From the NCBI GenBank assembly GCA_964196475.1, contig CAXMUI010000035.1, positions 1-52,227 on the forward strand: a stretch of 52,227 bases of DNA, read 5' to 3'. The stretch comes from an uncultured Acidimicrobiia bacterium (GTDB taxonomy: Bacteria; Actinomycetota; Acidimicrobiia; Acidimicrobiales; JAHEJN01). Below, in pieces: positions 10,083 through 17,746 of the stretch. The notes beneath the pieces were generated by a model. That model saw nothing but the letters and a program-made list of their open reading frames with translations, was not told the origin of the DNA and searched no databases. Numbering within the stretch: position 1 is the stretch's first letter; every line of letters starts with the position of its first letter. Position numbers and translations under genes: made by a program.

Positions 10083-10295
10083 TTAAGCCGGAAAAAGGTC
10101 ATCGTCGCCGTCGGAAGAAGAAACCACCGCACGCTTGGCTGATGCATTGAGGCACCAGGCCTTGTGATCCTGACCAGGAAGCGCGTCGCACTCAATGCAC
10201 GGATCTTCATTTTCTGAGAAGAAACTATCAAAGCCGTCGTTCATGTGTTTGAGCGAGCGGGCTTCTTCGTAACGCCGATGGCGACCTTTTTTCAC
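10083..10295 (-). CDS. small hypothetical protein (70 aa)
   Basis: GTG start preceded by a strong GGAGG Shine-Dalgarno with 5-6 nt spacing (GGAGGAAAACA GTG). Basic N-terminus, CIEC...HKAWC motif, acidic tail. Confidence 0.5.
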   Translation of the reverse strand: MKKGRHRRYEEARSLKHMNDGFDSFFSENEDPCIECDALPGQDHKAWCLNASAKRAVVSSSDGDDDLFPA

Positions 10296-10326
10296 TGTTT
10301 TCCTCCAGTGGAGAGGTTTGAAGGCA

Positions 10327-11580
10327 TCAGTCTAGCCCAGACTCCCCGGGAAGATTCACCACAAACGGAACCCGTGATCGCTGTTCTAACGTAAGACCGC
10401 CACCGCGCTCGAATGCCAACGCTGCATCGCCTGCAATAAGTTGTTTGATGGGATCGCCAGCCATCGCTGCACGCCAGCCGGTGGAAAGCCGGCACGGCTC
10501 ATCACGCAACACACATTCGATGTCATTACGAGTACCCAGCAGCGCTGGATCGATATCAAGATCGGTCGCGTGTTGCGACAGCCATGCCGCTAACAACGAC
10601 GCGGCCGGGCGTAAAGCTGCCTGATCGCGGTTGTTGCGCGGCTTCTCGCGAGTCGGTGGATCGTTGTCGCGACCTGCGGCCACAGCCTCCAGCAACGAAT
10701 CGCCCACGGATCCTCGAAGCTGGCGTTCATCAAGGCCGCGCAATCCCTTCAAATCAGAGGCCGATCGCGGTGCTTTTTGAGAAACACTTACAACCGCCAT
10801 GTCAGACAACACGAACCTCGCTGGCAGATCGCGTTCCCGCGCCCGAAGCTCGCGCCATGCGGCGACTGCCTGAACAACCGCTAACGGCTGCGCTTTCAAA
10901 TGCCGTGCCTCTTTGATTCGGCGCCAACATTCCAAGGGGTCACGCACTGTTGAGGCCTTGCGTACCAATTCGTCGTATTCAGCTTCGACCCACTCTTGGC
11001 GGCCCCGAGCAACAAGTTGCTCTCCGATGAGATCATGAATTTCAAGCAACCTCGCCACGTCCGATGCTGCATAGTTGAGCTGGTTGTCGTTTAGTGGCCG
11101 CTTGAGCCAGTCAGTGAGTCGGTCACCCTTGGCCAATGAGACCTGCAAAAAGTGCTCATGTAAACCAGCCAGCGACGGCGTGCGAAGACCAATAAACCCC
11201 GCGGCAATTTGGGTGTCAGCTAGGCGTGAGGGAACAATTCCACAGGCTCGGTCAAAGACCTCGAGATCCTGGCTAGCAGCGTGCATCACGACGAGACCCT
11301 CGCCCTCAAACACCGGCGCTAATGCTTGCAGATCGACACCCAGAGGATCAATCAACACCAACCGGTCGTCCCATTGGATTTGCACGAGTGCAACTTTGGG
11401 ATAGTACGTTCGTTCGCGATGGAATTCGGTGTCGATCGCCATACGGCTGGTATCGAGCAACGACGAAACAACCTCTGCCAAGCCGGATTTTGTATCGATG
11501 TATTGGAACTCTTCTTTGTTCGCCACGTGGTCTAGTTGGCGTTCGCGCCGGCGACGACGGCTCGGCCAAGTTCGGTCCAA
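10327..11580 (-). CDS. rnd: ribonuclease D (DEDD 3'-5' exonuclease plus HRDC)
   Basis: Motifs AIDTEFHRERTYYPKVALVQI, HAASQDLEVF and YAASDVARLLEI. An alternative GTG start at 11526 would remove the 49 nt overlap with the upstream rhodanese gene. Confidence 0.9.
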   Translation of the reverse strand: MDRTWPSRRRRRERQLDHVANKEEFQYIDTKSGLAEVVSSLLDTSRMAIDTEFHRERTYYPKVALVQIQWDDRLVLIDPLGVDLQALAPVFEGEGLVVMHAASQDLEVFDRACGIVPSRLADTQIAAGFIGLRTPSLAGLHEHFLQVSLAKGDRLTDWLKRPLNDNQLNYAASDVARLLEIHDLIGEQLVARGRQEWVEAEYDELVRKASTVRDPLECWRRIKEARHLKAQPLAVVQAVAAWRELRARERDLPARFVLSDMAVVSVSQKAPRSASDLKGLRGLDERQLRGSVGDSLLEAVAAGRDNDPPTREKPRNNRDQAALRPAASLLAAWLSQHATDLDIDPALLGTRNDIECVLRDEPCRLSTGWRAAMAGDPIKQLIAGDAALAFERGGGLTLEQRSRVPFVVNLPGESGLD

Positions 11581-11867
11581 CCCACGGTGCCCCCGCTCAC
11601 GTTAGTAACAGCGAGGCCTTTGCTAGATAGGTATTGTGCAGCCTTCATTGAGCGACTGCCATGAGCACAAATGAGGTGCAACGCCCGATCGGTTGGCACC
11701 TCGTCGATCCGCTCCATGAAATCGCTCAGGGGTATCGAGACGGCTCCGGCGAGGTGGCCATCGGTGTACTCGTCGGGTTCGCGCACATCGATGAGGTACA
11801 TTCCTGCTACAGCAGGGTCGAACATATTAATGGTAATTTCTGGAATTGCATCAGAACCGTTGGTCAC
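11532..11867 (-). CDS. rhodanese-like sulfurtransferase domain protein
   Basis: 111 aa with active-site loop ICAHGSRS (CxxGxRS). Typical single rhodanese domain size. Confidence 0.85.
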   Translation of the reverse strand: MTNGSDAIPEITINMFDPAVAGMYLIDVREPDEYTDGHLAGAVSIPLSDFMERIDEVPTDRALHLICAHGSRSMKAAQYLSSKGLAVTNVSGGTVGWTELGRAVVAGANAN

Positions 11868-11915
11868 GGAGGGCCTTTCTGGGTAGACCGTCGATACTGG
11901 TACGGCTACCGCCGA

Positions 11916-12554
11916 TCACTGTATCTCCCCATCTACCAGGCCATGAAGTTCTTCGGGGGTATCTGCGTCGAGGAATAGTCTGGGCGCCGCCGGCTCGAAA
12001 TACTGAACGGTGAGACCCGAAAGCGCGCCGCGTATCGATCGACCGCCACCATCGAACGATCGCTGTAACGAGGCAAGGCAGTCTCGGGTCCATACCGAGG
12101 TCACAAATGCTCGGTGTCCATCAATCTTGGGTATTGCGCATTGTTGCGCGGCATTACCGCCATCAAGATGCTGCAACAACTGATCGACAACCGATGCGTC
12201 CGCCAAGGGTAGGTCGCACGGCAGCAGCACCGTGATCGCAGGGTGCGAGGCTGTCAGAGCTGTCACCAGCGCCCCGAGTGGCCCTTGCCCGGGCCATTTG
12301 TCGGGTACATGTTCTATGCCAAGCTGGGAAGACAATTCTGGTGTTCCACCAATACCGATGATGCGGGAACATCCGGCTTTGTCCAACGCCGCAACCGACT
12401 GGGCGCCAAGCATCTCGCCGTTGGCCATCACGAGGCTTGCCTTGTCTTCGCCCATCCGACGACTTCCGCCGCCCAGCAAAACCGCGCCGACGAATAGCGT
12501 CGGGTCTATGCGGGTGGCCACGCGGGGTCCAGTTGACGGAGAAAGATGGCACAT
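11916..12554 (-). CDS. mobA: molybdenum cofactor guanylyltransferase (MobA-like NTP transferase)
   Basis: GAVLLGGGSRRMGEDKA N-terminal nucleotide-binding motif and LPCDLP motif. Start uncertain (GTG at 12521 is possible). Confidence 0.8.
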   Translation of the reverse strand: MCHLSPSTGPRVATRIDPTLFVGAVLLGGGSRRMGEDKASLVMANGEMLGAQSVAALDKAGCSRIIGIGGTPELSSQLGIEHVPDKWPGQGPLGALVTALTASHPAITVLLPCDLPLADASVVDQLLQHLDGGNAAQQCAIPKIDGHRAFVTSVWTRDCLASLQRSFDGGGRSIRGALSGLTVQYFEPAAPRLFLDADTPEELHGLVDGEIQ

Positions 12555-12940
12555 CGCTCCGCTTCATGGACTTCGTCGATTGCTGACGCGCATCGTCGGA
12601 GCCCATCCAGGGCTGACAAGAAGCCTTTGTTGCTCTCGTGTTCCCAGCGTACGAAACCCGACCCTCGCCAGCCGTTTTGCCGCAAAGCGTCAAGTCCCCG
12701 ATGGTAACCAACCCGGAAATATGCATACGCCTCGACGATCTGGCCGGTTTGTTCAGCCTGTTCACCGAGCGCAGCCCAAACAGATGGAACCTCAGGGGCG
12801 AGGCCAGCGAGGTTCGCGAGCGCTGGTGTACCTCCGGCAGCAACGGCATCTTGCAGAGCCTTCAAATACTCGCTAGTAAGCGAAGGCAGGATGGTTTCCG
12901 GTGGGCCGGAACGATGGAGTGAGACGGGACTGTCGGTCAT
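12506..12940 (-). CDS. conserved actinobacterial protein, DUF3151-like
   Basis: YFRVGYHRGLDALRQNGWRGSGFVRW and NKGFLSAL resemble my memory of the DUF3151 family. The family name is not verified by search. Confidence 0.65.
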   Translation of the reverse strand: MTDSPVSLHRSGPPETILPSLTSEYLKALQDAVAAGGTPALANLAGLAPEVPSVWAALGEQAEQTGQIVEAYAYFRVGYHRGLDALRQNGWRGSGFVRWEHESNKGFLSALDGLRRCASAIDEVHEAERCAIFLRQLDPAWPPA

Positions 12941-12995
12941 AGGCCAAATGTACTGTCCTACAGCCGCGATGGTATGGCCTGACTATAGTGCTTTT

Positions 12996-13277
12996 ATGTT
13001 GCCTGAATGGCTGGATCTTGAAACGCTGCGCTTCCTTGCGCTTCTGGTGATCTTCGCGCTCGGCTTGTTGGCGTTGAAGGTGCTGCGGATGATTCGCCAG
13101 CCTTCGCTGCAGATCGTTGCAACCGTGCTCATCTTTGCGTTGGGGTTAGCGGTATGGACCTTTCGGGACAACCTTCAGGATTGCTCCATCACTTGCGACT
13201 GCAGTGCTGGTGGCTACGACGTGCAATTTGATGCTGGTCAACTCGACCGGTGCGCGCACATCGCCCGGAACCAATGA
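12996..13277 (+). CDS. small membrane protein (93 aa from internal ATG of track ORF 12891..13277)
   Basis: Two hydrophobic helices (LRFLALLVIFALGLLALKVL, IVATVLIFALGLAVW) followed by a Cys-containing tail. Start chosen to avoid overlap with the divergent DUF3151-like gene. Confidence 0.4.
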   Translation: MLPEWLDLETLRFLALLVIFALGLLALKVLRMIRQPSLQIVATVLIFALGLAVWTFRDNLQDCSITCDCSAGGYDVQFDAGQLDRCAHIARNQ

Positions 13278-13308
13278 CCTCACCCGGGGTGCATACAAAA
13301 CTGCCCCG

Positions 13309-14052
13309 CTACAACGAACTACGAATGAGTGTGGCAAAGGCATCAGGGTGACTTAGGTGGGCCCCATGCCCTGCCCCTGCCACCACCGTAGGATGCTCGT
13401 GACCAAACAACCATGCGTGCTCCTGTGCGCCCCGAAAATGTTTGGCATTGGCCTGTTCACCAACCCCTACGAGCACAGGTGCAGTCATAACCTCTGGGTC
13501 AAATGGCCGAGTATCGCCCACCATGGTCAGATCCCCCACCAGTGCGGGGCCATCGTCGATACGCATTTGTTGACCTGCTGACCCAAGGCGTTCCCAGGAG
13601 TGCTCCCCCATCAAGCGAACAAAGAAGTTCTTCGCGACTTCTCCCGGGTTAGCGAGCATTCGGTTCCGGTTGTCCCCTGCGAAGGTTTGCCACCAGGGTT
13701 GCCACGCCATCGGCGTTTCGTAAATGACAACTGATGTAACTTTGTCGGGATATTTCGTAGCTGTAGCCATAGCCACTACACCGCCGATTGAATGTCCAAC
13801 CACAACGGAGGGTTCGTCCCCAATTACTGCTGCCAGATCGGCTGCATGATCAGCTAGATCCAGAGTGGATCCGACTCCGCGATTGGAGCGATAGCCGCGC
13901 CGGTCATAGGCAACCGTGCGGTAATCCTCCATTCGTCGGCGGACTCGCTGAAAACTACGGCCTGCGTCAAGTGCCCCGTGCACAAACACTATGGGCGCCT
14001 TGTCCGTGCGTCCGGCTGAGCGATCAACGCTCAGCGTTTCCCTCAAATCCAT
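13309..14052 (-). CDS. alpha/beta hydrolase
   Basis: Motifs IVFVHGALDAG, nucleophile elbow VVGHSIGG (GxSxG) and C-terminal GAGHGAHLSHP. Confidence 0.85.
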   Translation of the reverse strand: MDLRETLSVDRSAGRTDKAPIVFVHGALDAGRSFQRVRRRMEDYRTVAYDRRGYRSNRGVGSTLDLADHAADLAAVIGDEPSVVVGHSIGGVVAMATATKYPDKVTSVVIYETPMAWQPWWQTFAGDNRNRMLANPGEVAKNFFVRLMGEHSWERLGSAGQQMRIDDGPALVGDLTMVGDTRPFDPEVMTAPVLVGVGEQANAKHFRGAQEHAWLFGHEHPTVVAGAGHGAHLSHPDAFATLIRSSL

Positions 14053-14055
14053 CGA

Positions 14056-15483
14056 CTAGGGCACCTGGACAATCCGTAGTACGTCGGTAGTACGCAAGCG
14101 TGTGTCGATACCGGCCAGGACGCCCACGAAGTCCCCGCTCACGACGGACTTAGTCGAGACGGCCTGAGCAACGGCAGCGTTCACGCGTTGCTCGTAGTCG
14201 CCGCTCTCGGTAAGGAGCATCGGTGTGACCCCCCAACTGAGGGTTAGTTGCGAGACCGTACGTGCATCAGAACTGAATCCCAAGATGGCGGAACTCGGGC
14301 GGAAGCGAGCCATTGATCGAACCGTAAACCCGCTACCAGAAATACAGATCAGCGCAGCTAGCCCGAGTTGTTCGCTGACGTGCAGTGCGGCGCTGGTCAT
14401 GGCATCGGTAACGCGGGCAATTTCTCCGGTCGGTTCCGCTGCGCGCCGGGCGGTGATCCCTCGAACCCATTTTGCGTGATCGAAAGCATCGTCGGCCTTT
14501 TCGGCGAGTTCAGACATCACCGAAACCACTTGTGTGGGGTCAATGCCAATAGCTGTTTCCGCCGACAGCATCACCGCACTGGAACCGTCGAACACCGCGT
14601 TAGCAACGTCCGATGCCTCGGCCCGTGTGGGCATTGGTGACGTCACCATGGATTCGAGCATTTGCGTAGCGGTCATCACCGGCAGGCCGGCGGCGATGCA
14701 TTTTTCGATAACTTGCTTTTGGAGGATGGGTAGTTCCTCCACTGGGAACTCACTCCCTAGGTCGCCACGCGCAACCATCACCGCCGCGGACGCACCGATG
14801 ATGCTGTCGAGATTCTCGATGGCTTTTCGGGTCTCAATCTTGGTGACGATTAATGGACCACGCGGGTGCGGTTCGGTTCCTACACGCGCAAGCTCATGGG
14901 CCGATCGGACGAAGGAGATGGCGACCATGTCCACTTCTTCCTCGACGAACGCATCAAGAAGTCGAAGGTCAGCGTTGGTTGGTGACAGTGCACTGAGGCG
15001 GTTCGACGGAATGTGCATCCCGGGGCTACCGATTAGTTCGCCTCCGTGCAGAACCGTGGCTCGAACAGAATCTTGGTCTACCGACTCCACGACAATGCGA
15101 ACAATGCCACTGCCGAAGCCGAGCTCGTCGCCGGGTCGCAGATCGTCTAATAGCTGGTTATAACGAATGTTGATTGTGTCAGGCGTGCTTGCCCCCTGGC
15201 CAACTACTAGGCGAGTAGCTGACCCCGCGTCGAGGCGCAGGACATCGGTTATCCCGGCGACTCGAGGTTTTGGTCCTGGCAGATCAGCCAACACACCCAC
15301 GGTACGCCCCATGTCCTTGGCGATAGAACGCACCAACCTGAGTCGGGCGATGCCTTCTTCGAGTGTCCCGTGGGCCATTCCAAGTCGAGCAACGTCCATG
15401 CCTGCTTCGATCATCGCTCGAATCACAGCGGGGCTTTGGGACGTTGGGCCGATGGTGGCAACAATTTTCGTACGTCTAGTCAC
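14056..15483 (-). CDS. pyk: pyruvate kinase
   Basis: GTG start. Motifs RRTKIVATIGP, MVARGDLG and MLSAETA. 475 aa. Confidence 0.95.
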   Translation of the reverse strand: MTRRTKIVATIGPTSQSPAVIRAMIEAGMDVARLGMAHGTLEEGIARLRLVRSIAKDMGRTVGVLADLPGPKPRVAGITDVLRLDAGSATRLVVGQGASTPDTINIRYNQLLDDLRPGDELGFGSGIVRIVVESVDQDSVRATVLHGGELIGSPGMHIPSNRLSALSPTNADLRLLDAFVEEEVDMVAISFVRSAHELARVGTEPHPRGPLIVTKIETRKAIENLDSIIGASAAVMVARGDLGSEFPVEELPILQKQVIEKCIAAGLPVMTATQMLESMVTSPMPTRAEASDVANAVFDGSSAVMLSAETAIGIDPTQVVSVMSELAEKADDAFDHAKWVRGITARRAAEPTGEIARVTDAMTSAALHVSEQLGLAALICISGSGFTVRSMARFRPSSAILGFSSDARTVSQLTLSWGVTPMLLTESGDYEQRVNAAVAQAVSTKSVVSGDFVGVLAGIDTRLRTTDVLRIVQVP

Positions 15484-15527
15484 ACGGTTACCGTACTGTG
15501 ACGCCCTATGGTGTCGCCGTGTCTGGT

Positions 15528-16283
15528 ATGAAGTTTCTTGCTAATAATCGCCCTTTGGCGTTTGCTCACCGCGGTGGGGCAGGTGATTGGCCCGAGAATT
15601 CTATGCCTGCTTTCGATGCAGCCGTAGCTATGGGCTTCACTCACCTTGAAACCGATGTTCATGCCACTAGTGATGGGGTGTTAGTGGCATTCCACGACGA
15701 CAAGCTCGATCGCGTCACCGATATGACGGGAAACATCGTGGAGTTGCCGTGGAGTGAGGTAGCCAAGGCTCGTATCGATGGCAAGGAACCAATCCCTCGC
15801 TTTGATGAATTACTCGAATGCTTTCCCAATGCATTTATTAATGTGGACGCCAAAGCCGACCCGTCGGTTGGCCCGCTCATCGACTTGATTGCTCGCACGG
15901 GGAGTGTCGATCGGCTGTGTGTTGGGTCGTTTTCTGATCGACGTTTGGCCCGCATTCGCAAAGCAATCGGTCCTCGACTGTGCACCAGTATGGGCCCGGC
16001 CGGAATAGCCCGACTCAGAGCAGCCAGCTTCGGTGTGCCGGTGGGGCGCTTTAGCGCCGCATGCGCCCAGGTACCACCATCCGCCGGGGGCAAGACTCTT
16101 GTAGATGAACGTTTTGTCACCACAGCCCACGCGCACCGCATCGACGTGCATATTTGGACGATTGATGAACCCGAAGAGATGCATCGGCTGTTTGATCTTG
16201 GGGTCGACGGGATCATGACCGATCGACCAGCAATTCTCAAAGAGGTAATGATCGACCGCAACATCTGGTCCAACCAGCGATGA
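15528..16283 (+). CDS. glycerophosphodiester phosphodiesterase family protein
   Basis: Motifs AHRGGAGDWPENSMPAF, ETDVHATSDGVLVAFHDD and IWTIDE. Start taken at the internal ATG 15528 of track ORF 15498..16283. Confidence 0.88.
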   Translation: MKFLANNRPLAFAHRGGAGDWPENSMPAFDAAVAMGFTHLETDVHATSDGVLVAFHDDKLDRVTDMTGNIVELPWSEVAKARIDGKEPIPRFDELLECFPNAFINVDAKADPSVGPLIDLIARTGSVDRLCVGSFSDRRLARIRKAIGPRLCTSMGPAGIARLRAASFGVPVGRFSAACAQVPPSAGGKTLVDERFVTTAHAHRIDVHIWTIDEPEEMHRLFDLGVDGIMTDRPAILKEVMIDRNIWSNQR

Positions 16284-16312
16284 GCGCCTAGGCAGCGAAG
16301 AGAAGACGAAAT

Positions 16313-16398
16313 TGGGGATTACTCTGTGGATTAAGGTGGGAGAACTTGGTCCACATTGTGGATCAGTATTGTTTGGCGGGGATAAGTATGGGGATTAC
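16313..16398. promoter_or_regulatory. array of six DnaA-box-like 9-mers (TGKGGATWA / TGGTCCACA) with roughly helical phasing
   Basis: TGGGGATTA 16313, TGTGGATTA 16325, TGGTCCACA 16347 (inverted), TGTGGATCA 16357, CGGGGATAA 16377, TGGGGATTA 16389. Start-to-start spacings are 12, 22, 10, 20 and 12 bp. TGGGGATTAC is a perfect 10 nt direct repeat. Confidence 0.45.
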
Positions 16399-16763
16399 CG
16401 GTGAACGCTTGACCGGCCTACGTTTGTCGGGCAGAGTACATACATCAAGCAGTAACGAAGTGGGCTTCTCGCCCGCCGAGGGCAGCGGAGGCAACTCCAA
16501 AACCCTCACGTGAGGGCCGAAGGGGCAACCCGGAAACCCTCGACACACCCAGACGGAAGATCTTCGGATCAACCCGACGGGGCCGAGAAATGAATTCGCA
16601 AGATGAAATTTCGAAGCAGGAGTGTTTGGGCGTCCACCAAGATGCTGCTTGGAGAACCGGATCTGGTTACGACAACCGCAAGGAAGTCGGGACCGAGTGA
16701 AACGTTCGACCAGCAGCCCTGGAACAATGACTTCGGTCAAGGTTCCAGGGCCGCTCTCGTTTT
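16398..16763 (+). ncRNA. candidate large structured ncRNA, class unassigned
   Basis: The gap has no convincing ORF. Plus-strand hairpins carry stable tetraloops: GGAG-GCAA-CUCC 16487..16498, CCCUC-ACGU-GAGGG 16503..16516, GGG-GCAA-CCC 16522..16531, GAUC-UUCG-GAUC 16559..16570, GGUU-ACGAC-AACC 16665..16677, and a 13 bp stem with an inner UGAC-UUCG-GUCA at 16713..16754. The boundaries are guesses. Confidence 0.4.
16713..16763 (+). terminator. terminator-like hairpin closing the candidate RNA
   Basis: GCAGCCCUGGAAC pairs with GUUCCAGGGCCGC (13 bp, one mismatch). An internal UGAC-UUCG-GUCA sits inside it, and the U-rich UCUCGUUUU follows at 16755..16763. Confidence 0.4.
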
Positions 16764-16790
16764 GGGGCAATGATCCTCAACGGTGAGCGA

Positions 16791-17411
16791 TCACCTTGGC
16801 AAGCCGTCATGGGCACGCCAGCAGTACCACGCCGCGATACTGCGATATGGCTTCCAGTGATCTCCCAAGCTGCGTAGCTCCTTTGCCGTTGGTGCTGCGG
16901 GAGCCAGTCCTAGCAGTGCGTAGCCCTGCCGCACTCCGAGATCACCTACAGGCCAGACGTCGAGTCGTCGCAGCGCAGTCATCAGGAACATTTGCGCCGT
17001 CCACTCTCCTATGCCACGCACTTTTACAAGGGCATCAATGACCTGCTCATCGTTTAGGTAACCGAGTCGAGCCAATTCGATTTCCCCGGTAACCGATCGC
17101 TTCGAAAGGTCAAGCAACGACGCCATCTTGTTGCGGGACAGTCCTGCTTCCCTGAGGTCGTCGGGTGTTGCTCCGAGAAATCGTTCCGGGCTCACCTCAC
17201 CCAGAACAGATTGCACGCGTCGCCAGATGGTGCCGGCTGCGGCGCCCGCTAGTTGTTGGTAGACGATCGCTCGGGCCAACGTTGCGAAACGCTCATCAGC
17301 CTTAGGTGGAGTCGAGTACTTGACGGGTCCATGCAACTCGACCATGTGACCGATGAGGGGATCTTGCTCCCCAAGTGCGTAGCTGGCAGCAGCGAAGGAA
17401 AGCGGTGGCAT
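16791..17411 (-). CDS. DNA-3-methyladenine glycosylase II family protein (HhH-GPD, AlkA-like)
   Basis: 206 aa with HhH-GPD hallmarks LVKVRGIGEWTAQMFLM and VWPVGDLGVRQGY. Confidence 0.85.
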   Translation of the reverse strand: MPPLSFAAASYALGEQDPLIGHMVELHGPVKYSTPPKADERFATLARAIVYQQLAGAAAGTIWRRVQSVLGEVSPERFLGATPDDLREAGLSRNKMASLLDLSKRSVTGEIELARLGYLNDEQVIDALVKVRGIGEWTAQMFLMTALRRLDVWPVGDLGVRQGYALLGLAPAAPTAKELRSLGDHWKPYRSIAAWYCWRAHDGLPR

Positions 17412-17431
17412 GTCCTGACACTATGCAAGAA

Positions 17432-17471
17432 ATCCCCACAAGATCCACTGGCTATCCACTGGTACCCCACA
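17432..17471. promoter_or_regulatory. array of four ATCC(A/C)C-core 9-mers in the divergent promoter region
   Basis: ATCCCCACA 17432, ATCCACTGG 17443, ATCCACTGG 17454, TACCCCACA 17463, with starts spaced 11, 11 and 9 bp. The array lies between the AlkA-like start (17411, minus) and the small ORF start (17522, plus). Confidence 0.4.
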
Positions 17472-17521
17472 GGGCTCGCGTCGTACAATGACTTCACCAA
17501 GTTCCCCGAGTGGAGGTGTCC

Positions 17522-17746
17522 ATGTCCGTATTCGAAATCACCTTGCATGACCGTGTCGAGACAGTTGAAGCCGCCGACGGCTATCAGCTTGAAGGGCCGT
17601 TGACCACATTCTTCCGCTCCGACCATGGTCGCGGAACATTGGACTCGTGGAGCACCCGTATCGCTAGTTATCGCTCCGCTGATGTCGTGATGGTTCGTCG
17701 CATGGAAGAGTGCCAAATGCGGGAGCGCTTTCTTACGGCGCTATAG
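17522..17746 (+). CDS. small hypothetical protein (74 aa)
   Basis: ATG at 17522 is preceded by GGAGG (17512..17516) with 5 nt spacing. Its stop overlaps the stop of the convergent GT2 gene (CTATAG at 17741..17746). Confidence 0.5.
   Translation: MSVFEITLHDRVETVEAADGYQLEGPLTTFFRSDHGRGTLDSWSTRIASYRSADVVMVRRMEECQMRERFLTAL

Noticed and set aside
12163-12876. Long overlapping ORFs 12163..12849 (minus, 228 aa) and 12232..12876 (plus, 214 aa)
   Set aside because: They are alternative-frame or antisense shadows of the MobA and DUF3151-like genes. Their composition is Arg/Ser/Pro/Gly-biased and no motifs are present.
16517-16690. Local resemblance to riboswitch cores: GCCGAAGGGGCAAC plus GAAACCCUC (glycine-like) at 16517..16541, and ACCGGAUCUGGUUACGACAACCGCAAGGAA (TPP pyrophosphate-helix-like, 21/30 identical to consensus as recalled) at 16656..16685
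   Set aside because: In both cases the other half of the aptamer is missing or misplaced. There is no P3a/b hairpin and no AGGCAAAAGGAC for glycine, and no properly spaced CUGAGA/ACCC for TPP. No plus-strand gene lies downstream to be regulated. I regard these as partial look-alikes, to be settled by cmscan.
16363-16770. 135 aa minus-strand track ORF filling the 16284..16790 gap
   Set aside because: It has a TTG start with an RBS-like GAGGA only 3 nt away. The translation is Pro/Arg/Gly/Cys-rich with no domain-like pattern, and third-position GC is about equal to bulk GC. It coincides exactly with the hairpin-rich segment. I treat it as a chance ORF over a structured RNA, but this needs a homology search.
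16398-16795. Could the structured region simply be tmRNA or RNase P RNA?
   Set aside because: Neither strand has the tmRNA ends (GGGG...UUCGAC at the 5' end; a GGUUCGAnUCC T-arm and CCA-proximal acceptor at the 3' end) or a plausible tag ORF ending in LAA. Neither strand has the near-invariant RNase P motifs GAGGAAAGUCC and ACAGAAnCCGGCUUA. The closest strings (AAGGAAGUCGGGAC at 16680, GGAGAACCGGAUC at 16651) are imperfect and in the wrong order.
16284-17521. Is this the chromosomal origin (oriC)?
   Set aside because: There is no dnaA, dnaN, rpmH, parAB or gidAB nearby and no clear AT-rich unwinding element with 13-mer-like repeats. Most of the gap is GC-normal and hairpin-rich. The DnaA-box-like arrays are reported as findings, but an origin call is not supported from this window alone.
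17741-17746. Convergent genes sharing palindromic stop-stop junctions: CTATAG at 17741..17746 and TAGCTA at 51330..51335
   Set aside because: The observation is real but is most simply a consequence of tight packing. There is nothing to suggest function beyond possible transcriptional interference.
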